Shown in pieces: positions 36,683 to 49,499 of a stretch of DNA of 64,000 nt. Positions within the stretch are counted from its first letter, which is position 1, and each line of letters begins with the position of its first letter. The notes under the pieces are model-generated. The model saw only the letters and a program-made list of their open reading frames with translations, was not told the DNA's origin and made no database searches. A program made the position numbers and the translations under genes. The DNA lies in NCBI RefSeq assembly GCF_018977255.1, contig NW_024704742.1, positions 55,368,001-55,432,000 of the forward strand, given 5' to 3'. The stretch is from Callorhinchus milii (Eukaryota).

Positions 36683-37055
36683 GAATTCTCAGTTCGGTTT
36701 GAATACTCGTAAGCATAGTGATGAGTTTTTGCATGTGTCAGATACTCGGCTAACCACAAAAAATGGGACTTTGCTGTGCATACATTGGCTGCCACTTTTG
36801 TCTTCAAATTGCTGGGCAATACATTTTACACAAAACTCTGAGACCTTTTGATGTGATAAGGTACTGCATCAAACACAATGATTATTATTGATAGCAGTTA
36901 CCTGTGAAGTGCTTTGTGATGTTTGGATATTAGAGGCGCTCAATCAAATGCAGTTACTACGATTACAAATCATTCTTGCAATGCTGCCAGGTCTGAAGTA
37001 CAAAAGAGGCACTGGATGACTAAATTTTAAAACACTTTCTAGCTTGGGTTATCAG

Positions 37056-37093
37056 ATTGAGACTGATTCAGACCATTCTGAATCAGTCTCAAT
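37056..37093. repeat. Perfect 17-bp inverted repeat with 4-nt loop
   Basis: ATTGAGACTGATTCAGA-CCAT-TCTGAATCAGTCTCAAT. Confidence 0.95.
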
Positions 37094-37178
37094 AAATTCT
37101 GACCATTATGAATGGGAAGTGGGTGGTGGTGGGGGAGGGATGGGGGAATGGAGTTCAGTTTATCAGATGGCTGCACCA

Positions 37179-37231
37179 TTTGAGTTACTGTCAAAGACAA
37201 ATGACTGATTTGTCATTGACAGTAACTCAAA
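37179..37231. repeat. 24-bp inverted repeat (one mismatch) with 5-nt loop
   Basis: TTTGAGTTACTGTCAAAGACAAAT-GACTG-ATTTGTCATTGACAGTAACTCAAA. Confidence 0.95.
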
Positions 37232-37235
37232 ATAC

Positions 37236-37632
37236 AATTTGGTCACTCAATGCACAACTGTTTGTGGGACACTGCTGTGTGCAATTGGCAGCCGCATTTC
37301 ACCCACAAAATATACAGTCAATTAATTTTACAGTATATTCTGTGAAACGCTTTGAGACGTCTCGAAGATGTGATGAGGCACTATATCAAATGCACGGATT
37401 ATTGTTATTGTCAGCGGAAGCTGGTTATACTGATCCCTCACCCTGGCATTCATGCATTGAATTACTGGCACTGCAATAAAATAATGAATCATATATAATG
37501 ATATAATAACTAGAATTTCTTCCACGAAATGCACAGACAATTCACTTTACAGTATATTCTGTGAAGCTCTTTGAGACGTCTCGAAGATGTGATAAGTCTC
37601 TATATCAAATGCAAAGATTATTATTATTATTA
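37236..37632 (+). mobile_element. Two tandem SINE family A 3' fragments (37236-37410 and 37535-37632)
   Basis: Both carry GAGACGTCTCGAAGATGTGAT and ATT-type tails. Confidence 0.85.
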
Positions 37633-37849
37633 GAATGACATTTGCCACATTACAATTATAGAGTTGACGTGACTTACCATTGAATTTAAGAATTTTTTTC
37701 CCACTTTGCATGTGATCTTAAATTTTAAGACAATGGGTGTGTGTGCGAAATATATGATATGCGATGTGATAATTGTTTCTCGCTAGAATTTTTGTCTTTG
37801 TCAATGTCTGGCAGTAGGTATGAATGCTCCTTTGACAATTGTTAAAAAC

Positions 37850-38262
37850 TAATCATTTGATAAAGCATTTTTCATGTCAGGGAAACATTTCAAAGCGCTT
37901 CAAGGGATATGCTGTAAAGTGTATTTTGTAGACGAACATGACAGTCAATTTGTACACAGCAATGTTCCAGAAACAGCCATGAAGTGAATTACCAATATTA
38001 TCTGGGGTATTGTTGACCAGGAGAAACTCCATTCTCTTTTTAAATAGTGCCATGGGATCTTTAACATCCACCTGAACAGGCAGACAGGACCTTGGTTTTA
38101 ATGTTTCATTTGAAAGATGGCACCTCCATCAATACAGCACATCCCAGACACTGCACAGGAATTTCAGCTCAGACTATATGAATTTAAAGTCCCAAAGTGG
38201 AACTTGAACCCACAACCTTCTGGTGTAAAGGCAAGAGTAACTACCAACTGAACCAGGCTGAT
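37850..38262 (-). mobile_element. Deu-domain SINE, near full length
   Basis: AATAGTGCCATGGGATCTTTAACATCCACCTGAACAGGCAGAC; TTGAACCCACAACCTTCTG. Confidence 0.85.
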
Positions 38263-38974
38263 ATACCAGGGTTTCAGCCAGGGTTTGAATTTACTGCATA
38301 ATCTAATCCTTTACAAGACGTTTTTTTTAATTAATTTTTTTTATCACTATCAGCTTATCGTACTGGCAATATTATTGCTGTCACTCCCTAATGTTCCTCC
38401 AGGTGGCAGTTGAATATTTTCCGTACATGAATTTCTGTGCATTCTGTGCAGCATAAAACAGAGGAGTAGAATTTCTGCTAGTAAACTGGGCAGTGGAACT
38501 TGTACTGCTCACACAGGAGAAAATAACACTCTTTACCTCTGTAAAGGGGCATACAATGACTAAAATTTATGAATGTTTAATTTGCAAAAGACGGCTATGG
38601 ATTCATCAGGAGATATAGTGATAACAGTTGCTCTATTGGCTTATCTCTGATGCACGTTAGCGTGACTGGAGGTTGCACAACATGAGGGAAAAAGGCAAAA
38701 TACTTGATGGGTTGTCAACACTGCCAACATGGATACTTGCAAGACTGTTGCCTGACTGTTGCTGATACTTTGTAATTGGCCTCCAGGCTCCAGACTGCAA
38801 TTATAAATATTACTTAATTGCATTTTTAAATAGAAATAGATAAGACACATTTTTATCTTGCCTTTGCTACATTGTCAATAAACATGAATAATAATAATAA
38901 ACTGTCTATTCTGTGGCACGACTTAATAATGGTGGGGGAATGTTGTTGATTGTGTTGTTATATTATACACACTA

Positions 38975-39990
38975 TAATTTGGATTTATATAACACCTTTC
39001 TACAAAAGAAAACTTCTCACAATAATTACATACGCTGAGTGGAAACCTGAACACAGTGGGAAATGGGGGAGATTGGGTTACAAAAGAGCTGATTGAAGGC
39101 GTGGTCAAAGAGGTTATAAAGAAGCACAATAAAAGCAAAGAGAGAGACTGGTAGATGGAGAGATTTTCCCAGAGAGTTCCAATGGGCATAGTGGCCAAAG
39201 ACTTGGCTGCCAATGTGGGGCAGAGGAAATGCATCAAGCCCAAGCTTGCGGAATGGAGTAGGTGGGAGAGTGGGTGGGGGGGGGGGGGGGGGAGGGGGTG
39301 GAAGCAGATTGCAGACGTAGGTGCTCTGGTCTGCTCCACGTCCCCCGCCCCAACTGCCCTACCATTGGTGGTCGGGCCTTCAGCCTCTCAGCCCCCAGGC
39401 TCTGGAACTCCATCCCCCAGTGCCTTCGTCGCCTCCTCCCTTTCCTCCTTCAAGGCCGGTCTCAAAACCTTTCTCTTTGACCGAGCCTTCAGCTCCCCTC
39501 TCGACTCTCTTCCCCTCCTCGCTCCCTCCCTTCCCTCCCCTCACCCTGACCATTTCCCCCTCCTTGCTCCCTCCCTTTCCTCCCCTCACCCTGACCATTT
39601 CCCCCCTGCTCGGGTCATGACCCAACTGTGCAGCACCTTGGGACGTCCTCCTGACGTGAAAGGCGCTTTATAAATGGAATCTTGTTGTTGTTGTTGTAGG
39701 TGGGGCAAAGGCGTAGAAGGATGTGAAGGTCAGAACAAGAATCTTGATGTTGATTCAGTAGAACCAGATGAGGATGGTGGTGATGGTCTTGAGGAATCTA
39801 ATTTGGGAGAAGATATGAGCAGGGAGCTCTGGATGAGTTGGAACTTATGGAAGGTTGAGTAGGAGAGAGTCTGAGAGGTTGTTTGTGGAGATGACTAAAG
39901 AATGAATGAGAGTTTGGCTGCACTGGGATTGAGATGCAGACATAGGTGAGCGATATTCTTCAGGTAGAGAAAAGTGGTCTTGGTCAAGGA
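38975..39990 (-). mobile_element. Old L2, interrupted by a young L2-A
   Basis: Degenerate 3' end at 38975-39250; LHKFQLIQSS-like remnant on the minus strand at 39820-39855. Confidence 0.6.
39321..39697 (+). mobile_element. L2-A 3' end with a 45-bp tandem duplication in the 3' UTR
   Basis: SGLLHVPR..GGRAFSLSAPRLWNSIP; duplication at about 39515-39604; (TTG)n tail. Confidence 0.92.
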
Positions 39991-40011
39991 TCAGATATAA
40001 TATTATGTATG

Positions 40012-40305
40012 AATCATAAAATCACAGAAATTTACAAAACAGAAGGAGGCCATTTGTCCATTGAGTCTGCACCAGCTCTGGGAGCTGGGTTCATTCAATC
40101 CCAGTACCCTACCTTATCCCCATACACCTATCCAGCCTCTATTCTCCATATTTTGAAGCGCTTTGGGACGTCCTCCCGACGTGAAAAGCGCTATATCAAA
40201 TACAAGGATTATTATTATTATTATTATTACTTCCCTCTTGAAACAATGGACTCTGCCTCTACCACTTTGTTTGGTAGGGCAGTCCACATTGCAACAGTCT
40301 GCAGT
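40012..40305 (-). mobile_element. CR1 3' end carrying a plus-strand SINE tail insertion (40155-40229)
   Basis: ATCACAGAAATTTACAAAACAGAAGGAGGCCATT; insert AAGCGCTTTGGGACGTCCTCCCGACGTGAAAAGCGCT..(ATT)n. Confidence 0.8.
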
Positions 40306-41208
40306 TGTTGCCCTTTCTACTGATTGGAGAAACACCTTGGATGAATATTCATATAATATGTAGTAATATGTATTCGTTTAATTTAAAGCATTTAAATGAA
40401 TGCTTTTAAACGAAAATGTTTTTGGAAGGTTTGAAAGGGTGGGGGGCATTGATATTGTATGGGTGAAACAGCCATATATACCAGTCAGCTAAAATGCCTC
40501 TTGAGCAAACCGAGAGAGCTTTTGAGACTAGTAATGAGTGCTTGTTAGTTGCCCTGTAGTTTCACTTCAAACTAACTACACTCCAAAAGATAACCTTGTG
40601 TTGTTAATTTTGTCATATATTTATCCCACAGATTTCAAATGAGTGTAGGAATTTTCAACTGAGACCATTTAACTTGATTCTCAAATTATCTTTATGAGTC
40701 TGGCACAAATCTCCTATTAGCTTGCTCTGTGTGTTCTCTGATTACAATATGTGCTGCTGAGGGTCTCCACATTTGTTAAAAAAAACATTTTTTCATAAAA
40801 AAATCTACTTTGGGCTGCTCCAGTCCTTTTCACTGAAAAACCGTCTATTAAAAGTCCACTTTATAATAGTGTGTCATGTGCAGGTTTCAAATTTAAAAAA
40901 AGGCTATTAATCCACTTCAATAAAAACCCAAATGTTGCAGGAAGTAATTTTGAATTGATACCAATCTCCACGAAGAAAAAGAGATTGTGTTGAAGTGGAG
41001 TGAAATTTACAGGACAGACACATTTGAATTTGTCTATAAAGAACTTGTATACTGCTGATTGATCCAAATGAATCCAGATAAGGATGATAAATTGGAATAA
41101 TTAGTGTAAAATAAACATAGAAATATAGGGGTCTAAATCATGTCAGTGTTGAAAAGTAGGAAAAAAGTGATTTGATGATAATTCATGCATCGACTGGTCT
41201 CTGGAAAT

Positions 41209-41584
41209 GGAGTCTTGTAGTGTATTGGTTAGAACACTCAGCTTGCAAGCGAGAGGACCTGGGTTTGATTCCCAGGCAGGGCAAAAACTTAGGCAAGTTT
41301 CCTTACTCCTGCTTACCTAGCAGTAAATAGGAACCCGGTTGTTATTCAATTGTAGATCACTATTCCGGGGTAATAACCTCCTAAAAAAATATTAAAAATA
41401 AATGAATGATAATTTGGTCACTCAATCCATGACTGCTTGTCGGACACTGCTGTGTGCAATTGGCTTCCCTGTTTCGCCCACAAAATATATAATCAATTCA
41501 CTTTTATATTTTGTGAAGTGCTTTGAGGTGTTTCAATGACATGTTAAGGCTCTATATCAAATGGAAGGATTATTCTTATTATTA
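41209..41584 (+). mobile_element. SINE family A, long form
   Basis: Head, CCTAGCAGTAAATAGGAACCCGG segment and tail. Confidence 0.9.
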
Positions 41585-42022
41585 GGTGCTGAAGACGAAC
41601 AAACCCATTATGCCTTTTCAATGATTGAATTCAGAGGTCAGCTGTGCATTGCAATTTTGGCTAACTCATATTATATTTTAGCGGGACTCTGCCTTAACTC
41701 TGAATTTGTTTTGCATAGTTACCTGCCTAAATCTTTAACAAACTCCGAAAAACATATTTCTTCGATTGTGTCTTTAGGTAAACATCTTTAAATCTGTTTA
41801 AAACATTTTATTTCTGTGCTCGTCCACTATATTTGTCATGTGCTTTGACCCACTCTTTTCAATAAGAGCTACTGTATAAATGTAAACTGCTGTATTCCAT
41901 GTTGAAGTATTTAAAGTACTTTCCACTGAGAAGCTTCCACACTCAAAAGTCATTTTGTAAAAAACAAGAATTGATCTTGTATTTTATGAGTGTTCATGTG
42001 CCTTAGGCTAAATGTTTTTCTT

Positions 42023-43030
42023 ACAACAACAACAAGATTACATTTGTATAGCACCTTTCACGTTGGGAGGACATCCCAAGGCGCTGGACAGTGTACAGCA
42101 TTTCAGACACGAGCTGGGATCAGGGGGGAAAAGGGAGGGGATGGGAAGGGGGTTGGCTGATGGCATGTTCGAAGAGGAGGGTCTTCAGGTGGGACTTGAA
42201 AGAGGCTAAGGAAGGGGCGAGGCGGAGTGACTGGAGGATGGAGTTTCAGAGGTTGGGGGCAGAGTGACTGAAGACTCTCCTGTCAATGGTGGGGCGGGTG
42301 GGTTGGGGGACGTGGAGCAGGCCAGAGCCGACTGAGTGGAGGGAGCAGGCGGGTTGGTAGGGGGTTAGGAGGTTGCAGAGGTAGGGTGGGGTGAGGCCAT
42401 GGAGGGCTTTGTAGGTGAGAACCAGGATCTTGAACTGGATCCTCTGAAGGATAGGGAGCCAATGGAGTCGGACGAAAATGGGGGAGATGGGGTCACAGAG
42501 TTTTGTGCGGGAGAGGACACGGGCTGCAGAGTTCTGGATTATCTGCAGCCTGTGGAGGGAGGAGTTGGGAAGGGCATAGTCGAGGCTGGAGGTGATGAAG
42601 GCATGAACAAGAGTTTCAGCGGAATGAGGGGTGAGGTAATGGCGGAGTCGGGCGATGTTACGGAGGTGAGGGAAGGCAGAGCGGGTCATGGCTTGGATGT
42701 GGGGAAGAAAAGACAGTTGAGGGTCGAACAAGACACCGGGGTTCCTGACTGGCTGGTGAGTTGTAGTGAGCAACCGTGGAGGTTGATGTTGCCAGAGGCT
42801 GAGGTGCAGAGACGCTGGTGTGAGCCAATCAGGAGGACCTCAGTCTTGTTCACATTCAACTGTAGGAAATTTGCCCTCATCCGGGACTTGATGTCCGACA
42901 GACAGTCTGTCAGGACAGCAGCGGTCCTTGAGGGTGGAGGCAGAAAGATGGAGTTGGGTGTCATCCGCATACATGTGGAAGTTGATCCCATGTCTGCGGA
43001 TGATGTTACCAAGTGGGAGCATGTAGATAT
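42023..43030 (-). mobile_element. L2-A, about 1 kb of 3' portion including RT YADD
   Basis: [50 protein letters not shown]. Confidence 0.95.
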
Positions 43031-43399
43031 TAAAGAGATTGTGATTATGGAGATTGTGGGGACTAACTTCATGACTCAGCTATTTTTCTTGTGAGAATTC
43101 TCTGTCAGTCGGTATGTTTAGTAGCTGTTGTATAAATTTGAAACATTGTTATTAGAATTTTGTTGCATTTACAGTGATCTGTGAGTTCTATGTAACGTTG
43201 CAGTCATCTTTTATTGCCTCTGATGAAAGGTTCCTAAAGGAAAAAGATAAGTAATAATAATCCTTGCATTTTATATTTAACCGTTCATGTCAGGAGGATC
43301 ACTCAAAGAACTTCACAGAATATACTGTGAAGTTCAGTGACTGTGTATTTTGGTAAGCGAACAAGATTCCTAATAAGGTTCACAAAGGATCTCTGCATA

Positions 43400-43807
43400 T
43401 CAGTCTGGCTCAGTTGGTTTGTTGCATTCATGTTTCTGAGTTCAAAGGTTGGGGGTTTAAGCCCCATCTTGGGACTTTGAGCTCATAATCTATGGTGACA
43501 CTCAGGGAAGCACTGCACTGCTGGAGGTGCTGTCCTTCAGATGAGACATTATAGTAATATAATAATCCTTGCATTTGATATGGCGCCTTTCATGTCATTG
43601 AGACGTCTCAAAGCGCTTCACAGGCTATACTATGAAATGAATTGACTGTATATTTTGTGAGTGAAATGCAGCAGCCTGTTGTGCACAGCATGTTCCACAA
43701 ACAGCCATGGAGTGAATAATCAATCTTTTGTACGTTAAATCAAAGTCCACTCTACATTTTTAGGTGGGCGTTAAAGATCATATTAAAAAAGAGAAGTTTC
43801 TCCCTGT
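43400..43807 (+). mobile_element. Deu-SINE interrupted by an antisense SINE 3' half (43553-43731)
   Basis: The Deu motif GATGAGAC.TTAAA is split, with ACATTA/ACGTTA repeated on each side of the insert. Confidence 0.8.
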
Positions 43808-44500
43808 GTCATGACCCGCTCTGCCTTTCCCCACCTCTGCAACGTTGCGTAGTTCTGCCACTGTCTCACACTGAAGGCTGCTGAAACCCTCATACACGCT
43901 TTCATTACATCGAGGCTCGACTATGCAAACTCATTGCTTGTCGTCCTCCCCAACTCCTCCCTCCATAGGTGCAGATCATCTAGAACTCTGCTGCCCGTGT
44001 CCTCTCCTGCACTAGGCTCCGTAACCCTATCACCCCCATCCTCGCCCAACTCCACTGGCTTCCCATCCCACAGAGGATACAGTTCACGATCCTGGTTCTC
44101 ACCTTCAAAGCCCTCCACGGTCTTGCTCCCCCTTACCTCTGCGACCTCCTGACTTTCTACCATCCTATTCGCTACCTCCGCTCAGCGGATTCTGGCCTGC
44201 TTCATGTCCCCTGGCTTATTTGCCCCACTATTGGCGGATGGGCCTTCCGCCGCTCTGCCCCCACCCTCTGGAACTCCATCCCGCAGTCCCTCCATCTCGC
44301 CCCCTCCCTTGCCACCTTCAAGGCCCATCTCAAGACCCTCCTCTTCAACAATGCTTTCGATCTCTCTGCTTCCCCCATTGCCCTCCACCCTCCCCGAACC
44401 CTATCCCCAGCCTGGGTCCATAACTCTGTCTGTCCAGTGCCTTGGGTCGTCCTCCAGACGTGAAAGGCCCTATACAAATGTAATTTTGTTGTTGTTGTTG
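43808..44500 (+). mobile_element. L2-A 3' portion
   Basis: SRLDYANSLL, LHWLPI; stem-loop and (TTG)n tail. Confidence 0.93.
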
Positions 44501-45604
44501 CATATCTGAAAAATTTGCAAATCTGATATCTCTGGTCCCGAATATTTCTGATCTGCAGAAATTCACTGTAATTACCTTTTTTTTAAAACAAGCCTAAACT
44601 TGGACAGTTGTTTGTCATCATTTTTCCTTCAATGTCAGAAAACTGTTTCAAGACACATTATAGCATAAGAAAGATATGAAAGAATGGGACAAGGAAAGGC
44701 GTTTAGTCCATCAATCCTGCTTCTTTCACAATTTATTCACGATTTATCCTATCATGGATTTTACCTTACTGCCTTAATCTCCTGAGAGAAAGTTCTGCAA
44801 AATTTCTAACCAACTTTAAAAGGGAATCAGGCAAACTTCAAAATATCTATCTACTTTTTCACCTTCATTATTCAATCCTGGCTGATTGCTTTCCACAGAT
44901 GACATTTTCATGGTCTCACAAGCACAAGCACCATCATATTGTATGGAGTATTTGATCATCCATTCTATACGTATCCCTATAACCTTCAAACTCATTCTGC
45001 TGTCTCGTAAAAATTCTGACTATTGAACCAGGCATTGTGAATAGTCTCAAGCATCCCGAGTTGAATTCATCGCTGCTCATACCTTCTGTAAGCCCAATAC
45101 CAGAGCTGTTCAATATAAATTTATTCAAAAGAAGTGTCAACTAATGTCTTCCTGGTACTTCAGTATTCATTACTCCTGGTATCCTGGCCAACAATCCTCC
45201 AGATAAAAATTAGTCATTCACTGCATGGTTGTTTGTGAGACATTGCTGTGTCAAAAGTGACTGCAGCTTTCTCCTACAAAATATACACTTACTGCACTTA
45301 GCAATTAATCCTGCTTTGAGGCATCTCAATGACATGATAAGACATTGTACTAAATGTAAGGATTATTATTTCTCCCTTATCCAAGCTGTCACTGAATGCT
45401 CCTGTAATTTTTCCTTTTTACTAATGTTCAGTTGTCATGATTATTCACTTGTTTGGTCTCTAAAAGGAACATACAGTTGCAGAAAAAGTTGACTTCTTTG
45501 GTTCAATTTTCTTTTTTTAACTACTATTTCTGATCTTGCAAAGAACCTTCCTCTATCCAAAGGTCTATTGTGTTTGTCTCATATAACCTCCACAAGGCTC
45601 AACA

Positions 45605-45960
45605 TTTAATAATAAATAATAATCTTTGCATGTTATATATATCCCTATAATGTCCAGAACATCTCAAAGCACTTCACAAAGTTTCAATAAAGTGCAGTGG
45701 CTGGGTATTTGTAGTTGAACATGGCAGTTTGCACACCATAATAATAATAATAATCCTTGCATTTGATACAGAGCCTTATCAAGTCTTCGAGACATCTCAA
45801 AGTGCTTCATTGAATATGCTGTAAATTGACTGCATATTTTGTGGGCAAATGTACCACAAACAGTCATGAAATGAATGATCAATTTTACCTGGAAGATTAT
45901 TCGCCAGAAGAAACTCCCTTCTCTTTTCAAATAGCGCCAATGGGATTTTTTACGTCCAGC
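45605..45960 (-). mobile_element. Nested Deu/SINE 3' fragments
   Basis: Two (AAT)n-ATC.TTGCAT tails; AAACTCCCTTCTCTTTTCAAATAG. Confidence 0.75.
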
Positions 45961-46619
45961 TGAAGAAGCAGATGACCCACCACATTCAGACTTTGTTTTC
46001 CTCTCCCCCAACCATACGCTTTTAAAACTCAAGTTTGGTGTCAGCTAATGATTTATCTCATCCTCTCTCCTTTTTTTTGAATTTTAAATAAATCCCCATT
46101 CCTAGTTAGATATTTATCTAATTTGGTTTTAGAGTTAATTTATACAGTATTAATTCCTTGTGTTGAAAGAGCATGTCCCACATACTGAATCTATCGCTCT
46201 GTGGGTAAGATTTCATTCCGATCTTTGCTTCAGGCTTGTTCGTGCTATATTGGTATCTTCTATGTCTATGCTCAGTAACAGTTAAATAACATGTTTATAT
46301 TGACATCATCTTTGCCTCTTCACATTTGAAATCCCAAGATCATGCATTGATGGATAATGTCTCGGAGCGCTTCTCAGGGATGGTGTTGGATGCAGAGTAA
46401 GTGAGGAGGGATAGGGAGGAAGAGGACGAGGATGAGGTGGAGGTAATTATAGGCACAGTCAAAAAGGTGGGATTTCAAGACAGATAGAGATAGAGTGGTA
46501 GTGGGATGTAGTTCCAAAGGGTGGGGCATGTGTCCCATGGCAGTATTTTTAATTTAAGCTTCATAAAAAGAACATTATTTCCTTCTGTGAAATACTTGAA
46601 GCAAAAAATAGTCTCCTTA

Positions 46620-46715
46620 GACAACAACAACTTGCATTTATATATCATCCCTCAAGCAGGTCAGCATCGCAGAGCGCTGACAGTGGCTGAGCATGACTTG
46701 GAGCTGCGGGGAGGG
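46620..46715 (-). mobile_element. L2-B 3' tail
   Basis: Reverse complement CAGCGCTCTGCGATGCTGACCTGCTTGAGGG..TATAAATGCAAGTTGTTG. Confidence 0.7.
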
Positions 46716-47527
46716 GGAATATAAATAATGTATTACAATATATGATGTAGTAATATATTGCAATTGTTGCAATGAGCTTGAAAAAAAATGTTTCCAATTC
46801 CCCAAACTCTCTGTATTTCTACCTTGCTAATAGTTTTAATAGTTCAGTAAACTAGAGCTATTTCATGTGCAGCAGAAAATGACTCAATTTGTGAATAAGC
46901 ATTCCTACAGAGATGAGGCATTAAATCCTACCTCAAACAATGTACATCTGCAATTAATTCCCAGTGTAAGATTTGATTTGGCAATAACCAGGCCAAAGTT
47001 ACTATTAACTCCCTAAAAACTATTTTATGATAATCCTTCATGATGCTAAGGCTCCTGCAGATGGAATAATTCTACTTTGATTTCACTTTCACTTCGAACC
47101 TGAACTGCTGACACAAGCTGTTCAGGGAGATGGAAGAAATTGCCTCACCTCCAATCAAATATGGTTTATCTGACCCTGAAGTATGTGAAGTATAAAAGCA
47201 AACACCTCATTATCTCCTGGATTTATAGAATATTCAATATGTCGGAAAGGATATTGGTTGTATATACTAGTCAGCTCAGAATCTCTTCTAACAGCATCTC
47301 TACGCTTAACCCACATCCTCCTACTACCCTAGCTAAGATCAGTTAACACAGCTACATATTTAAGACTGCAATACAGTAATTCTGCTCTCATATCTAAGAG
47401 ACTTTTTAATATGGATCTTGATCATGTGTCTGAATAGTTGTACTGATAGTTGTACTGAAACTCAGGAGCGATTTAAAGATGGCGCCATTCGGTATTTGTG
47501 GTCTCCCAAAACCAGCATTACAGGCAA

Positions 47528-47915
47528 AGCTTGGCTTAGTTGGTAGTTATTGCTCCTCTGAGATATAAGATTGTGAATTGAAGCCCTATATCAGGACTAT
47601 ATGGGTGTGCCGCATTGTCACAGGTGGTATCCTTCTCACGAGACATCATACAGTCCTGTCTGCCTGTTCTGGTGAACATTAAAGATCCCATGGCACTACA
47701 GTATTTGAAAAAGAAGGGAGTTTTCCCCAGTGTCATTGCCAATAATCCTTGAGATAAAAATAGTCGTTCACTTCATGACTGTTTGTGGGACTTCGCTGTG
47801 CATACATTAGCTGCTGCGTTCACCTACAAAATTCAGTCAAGAAATCAGTGAAACACTTTGAGATGTTTCAATGATGTGGTGAGACACTGTATCAAATATA
47901 AGGATTATTATTATA
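47528..47915 (+). mobile_element. Deu-domain SINE
   Basis: TTGGCTTAGTTGGTAG head; TAAAGATCCCATGGCACTA; tail. Confidence 0.85.
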
Positions 47916-49499
47916 TGCACTATTTTGAATGAATAAGAAATCCAAGGGTGATGTAGTCATGTACAGAACCTGCTTGGTTTGAAGATTCTCGGAAGATTGT
48001 GTTGAGGACATTTCTTGCTACGTGGATATTTAGGAAAAGATAACCTATTATGATTGATGTAATTCATCAGATTGGTTGACAGCCGAGGTATCTCAATAGA
48101 GGTTCAGTCAACCACATGCAGTCATCTGGGAAATTCACCAAAAGCCTAAAATGTTTGCTTTGTCGTCCACTACGTCTTTGTGCTTTTAGAGGAATGGATG
48201 AACCTGTCAGGCCTATGGATCAGTGCATCTGTCATCTCCTTTATGTGGGTGGATGTGGCGCCTTGTCTGATTTCACTTTAATCTCCTCCAGGTGCCAAGT
48301 AAGTCGACTGAATTACAACCGATTGCAGTGGTGGCTTTCACAGCCACAGGCAGAGCAAGAAGCATCAGCTGTACACCATCCCGATTGGGTGCCAGCATGC
48401 AGGTCAAGTAGACTCTAAGCTTAAGAAGTATCAGACCAGGCAGGTGATATTTTCCTACTGTACCTCAGGCAAAAGTAGGGTCTCAGTCCTTTCTGAAGAA
48501 ATCACAGTTGGCAGAAAATAAGCTACACAGAGGTCTCGGGGATGCTCATTAAAGCATACTTCAGTTTGAGCCTCAGGTGTTTCAAGACAAAAAAACATGG
48601 CTGTCGTTCAAAATTGCCACATCTTTCACAATTTTTTTTAATTGATTGCATTAAGTTTTTGGATCCGCTTTAAATTTACTTTCCTTCTCTCTTGCTCCAA
48701 TTTATTTTGCCTGCTCTCACGCCCACCTGCCTGCATGCCTATCGAATTTTATCTGCAGCATCCAAAACCTCTGACAAAGAGGATGTCCTCCAGCATTGCA
48801 TTGACAGCCTGAACTATGATCTAAAGCAAAGTAACGTTGCTGCTGGCATTTGACATGGGGCTAATAGGGAGAATAGGGAGCATTTGTGTGATCAGGCATT
48901 AAATTGCTCACATTCTCCTTGGAACGAGTAACTTGTTCCCTCCCATCCCCCTCCCACACCACTACCTCCACAGTGATTGTCAAGTAGTTAACTAAACACA
49001 CAAGGGCTTCAGTTTTGATCAGGGTATCTTTCATGTTGCATTGCTCCTGGTTTTGCTGGCATCACTGTGTAGAATACAATCCACAAGTGAACACCACTTT
49101 TTGAATGGACAGACGAGTGATTGCATTAGCTGTAGGCCATGAAAAGGAAACAAATAGCTATAATTATAGTCATATTAATGCCCATACCAGCATCTTTGAA
49201 CTACATCTCATACACTAGGGTAGCAATAAGTTCAAGCTTGCAAAGACTTGGAAGACAGATGAATCTCCAGCCAATAAACAAACATCTTTCCAAGCAGTAA
49301 TAGAATCAAAGAATAAGAATGGGCCTGAGGTGCTGATATCTGCTTTGCCAGGGGCACTGCTGGGACCAAACATGCTAAGTTTATTCTGTCCTAGATTCTT
49401 CAAGGCACCACCTGCACATCAATCTGTGTTGAGTATGTCAGCCACATATTATAACATTGTCCTACTCCATCCATCCTCCTGGCAAATAATGTATATATA

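Noticed and set aside
42399..43094. 231-aa plus-strand ORF, and similar ORFs at 16140, 33248, 44182, 60888 and 61343
   Set aside because: These are antisense shadows of C-rich L2 ORF2 sequence, not independent genes.
44501..44570. Tigger/pogo-like TIR ending in CACTGTA
   Set aside because: Only one degenerate end is visible and I found no partner TIR.
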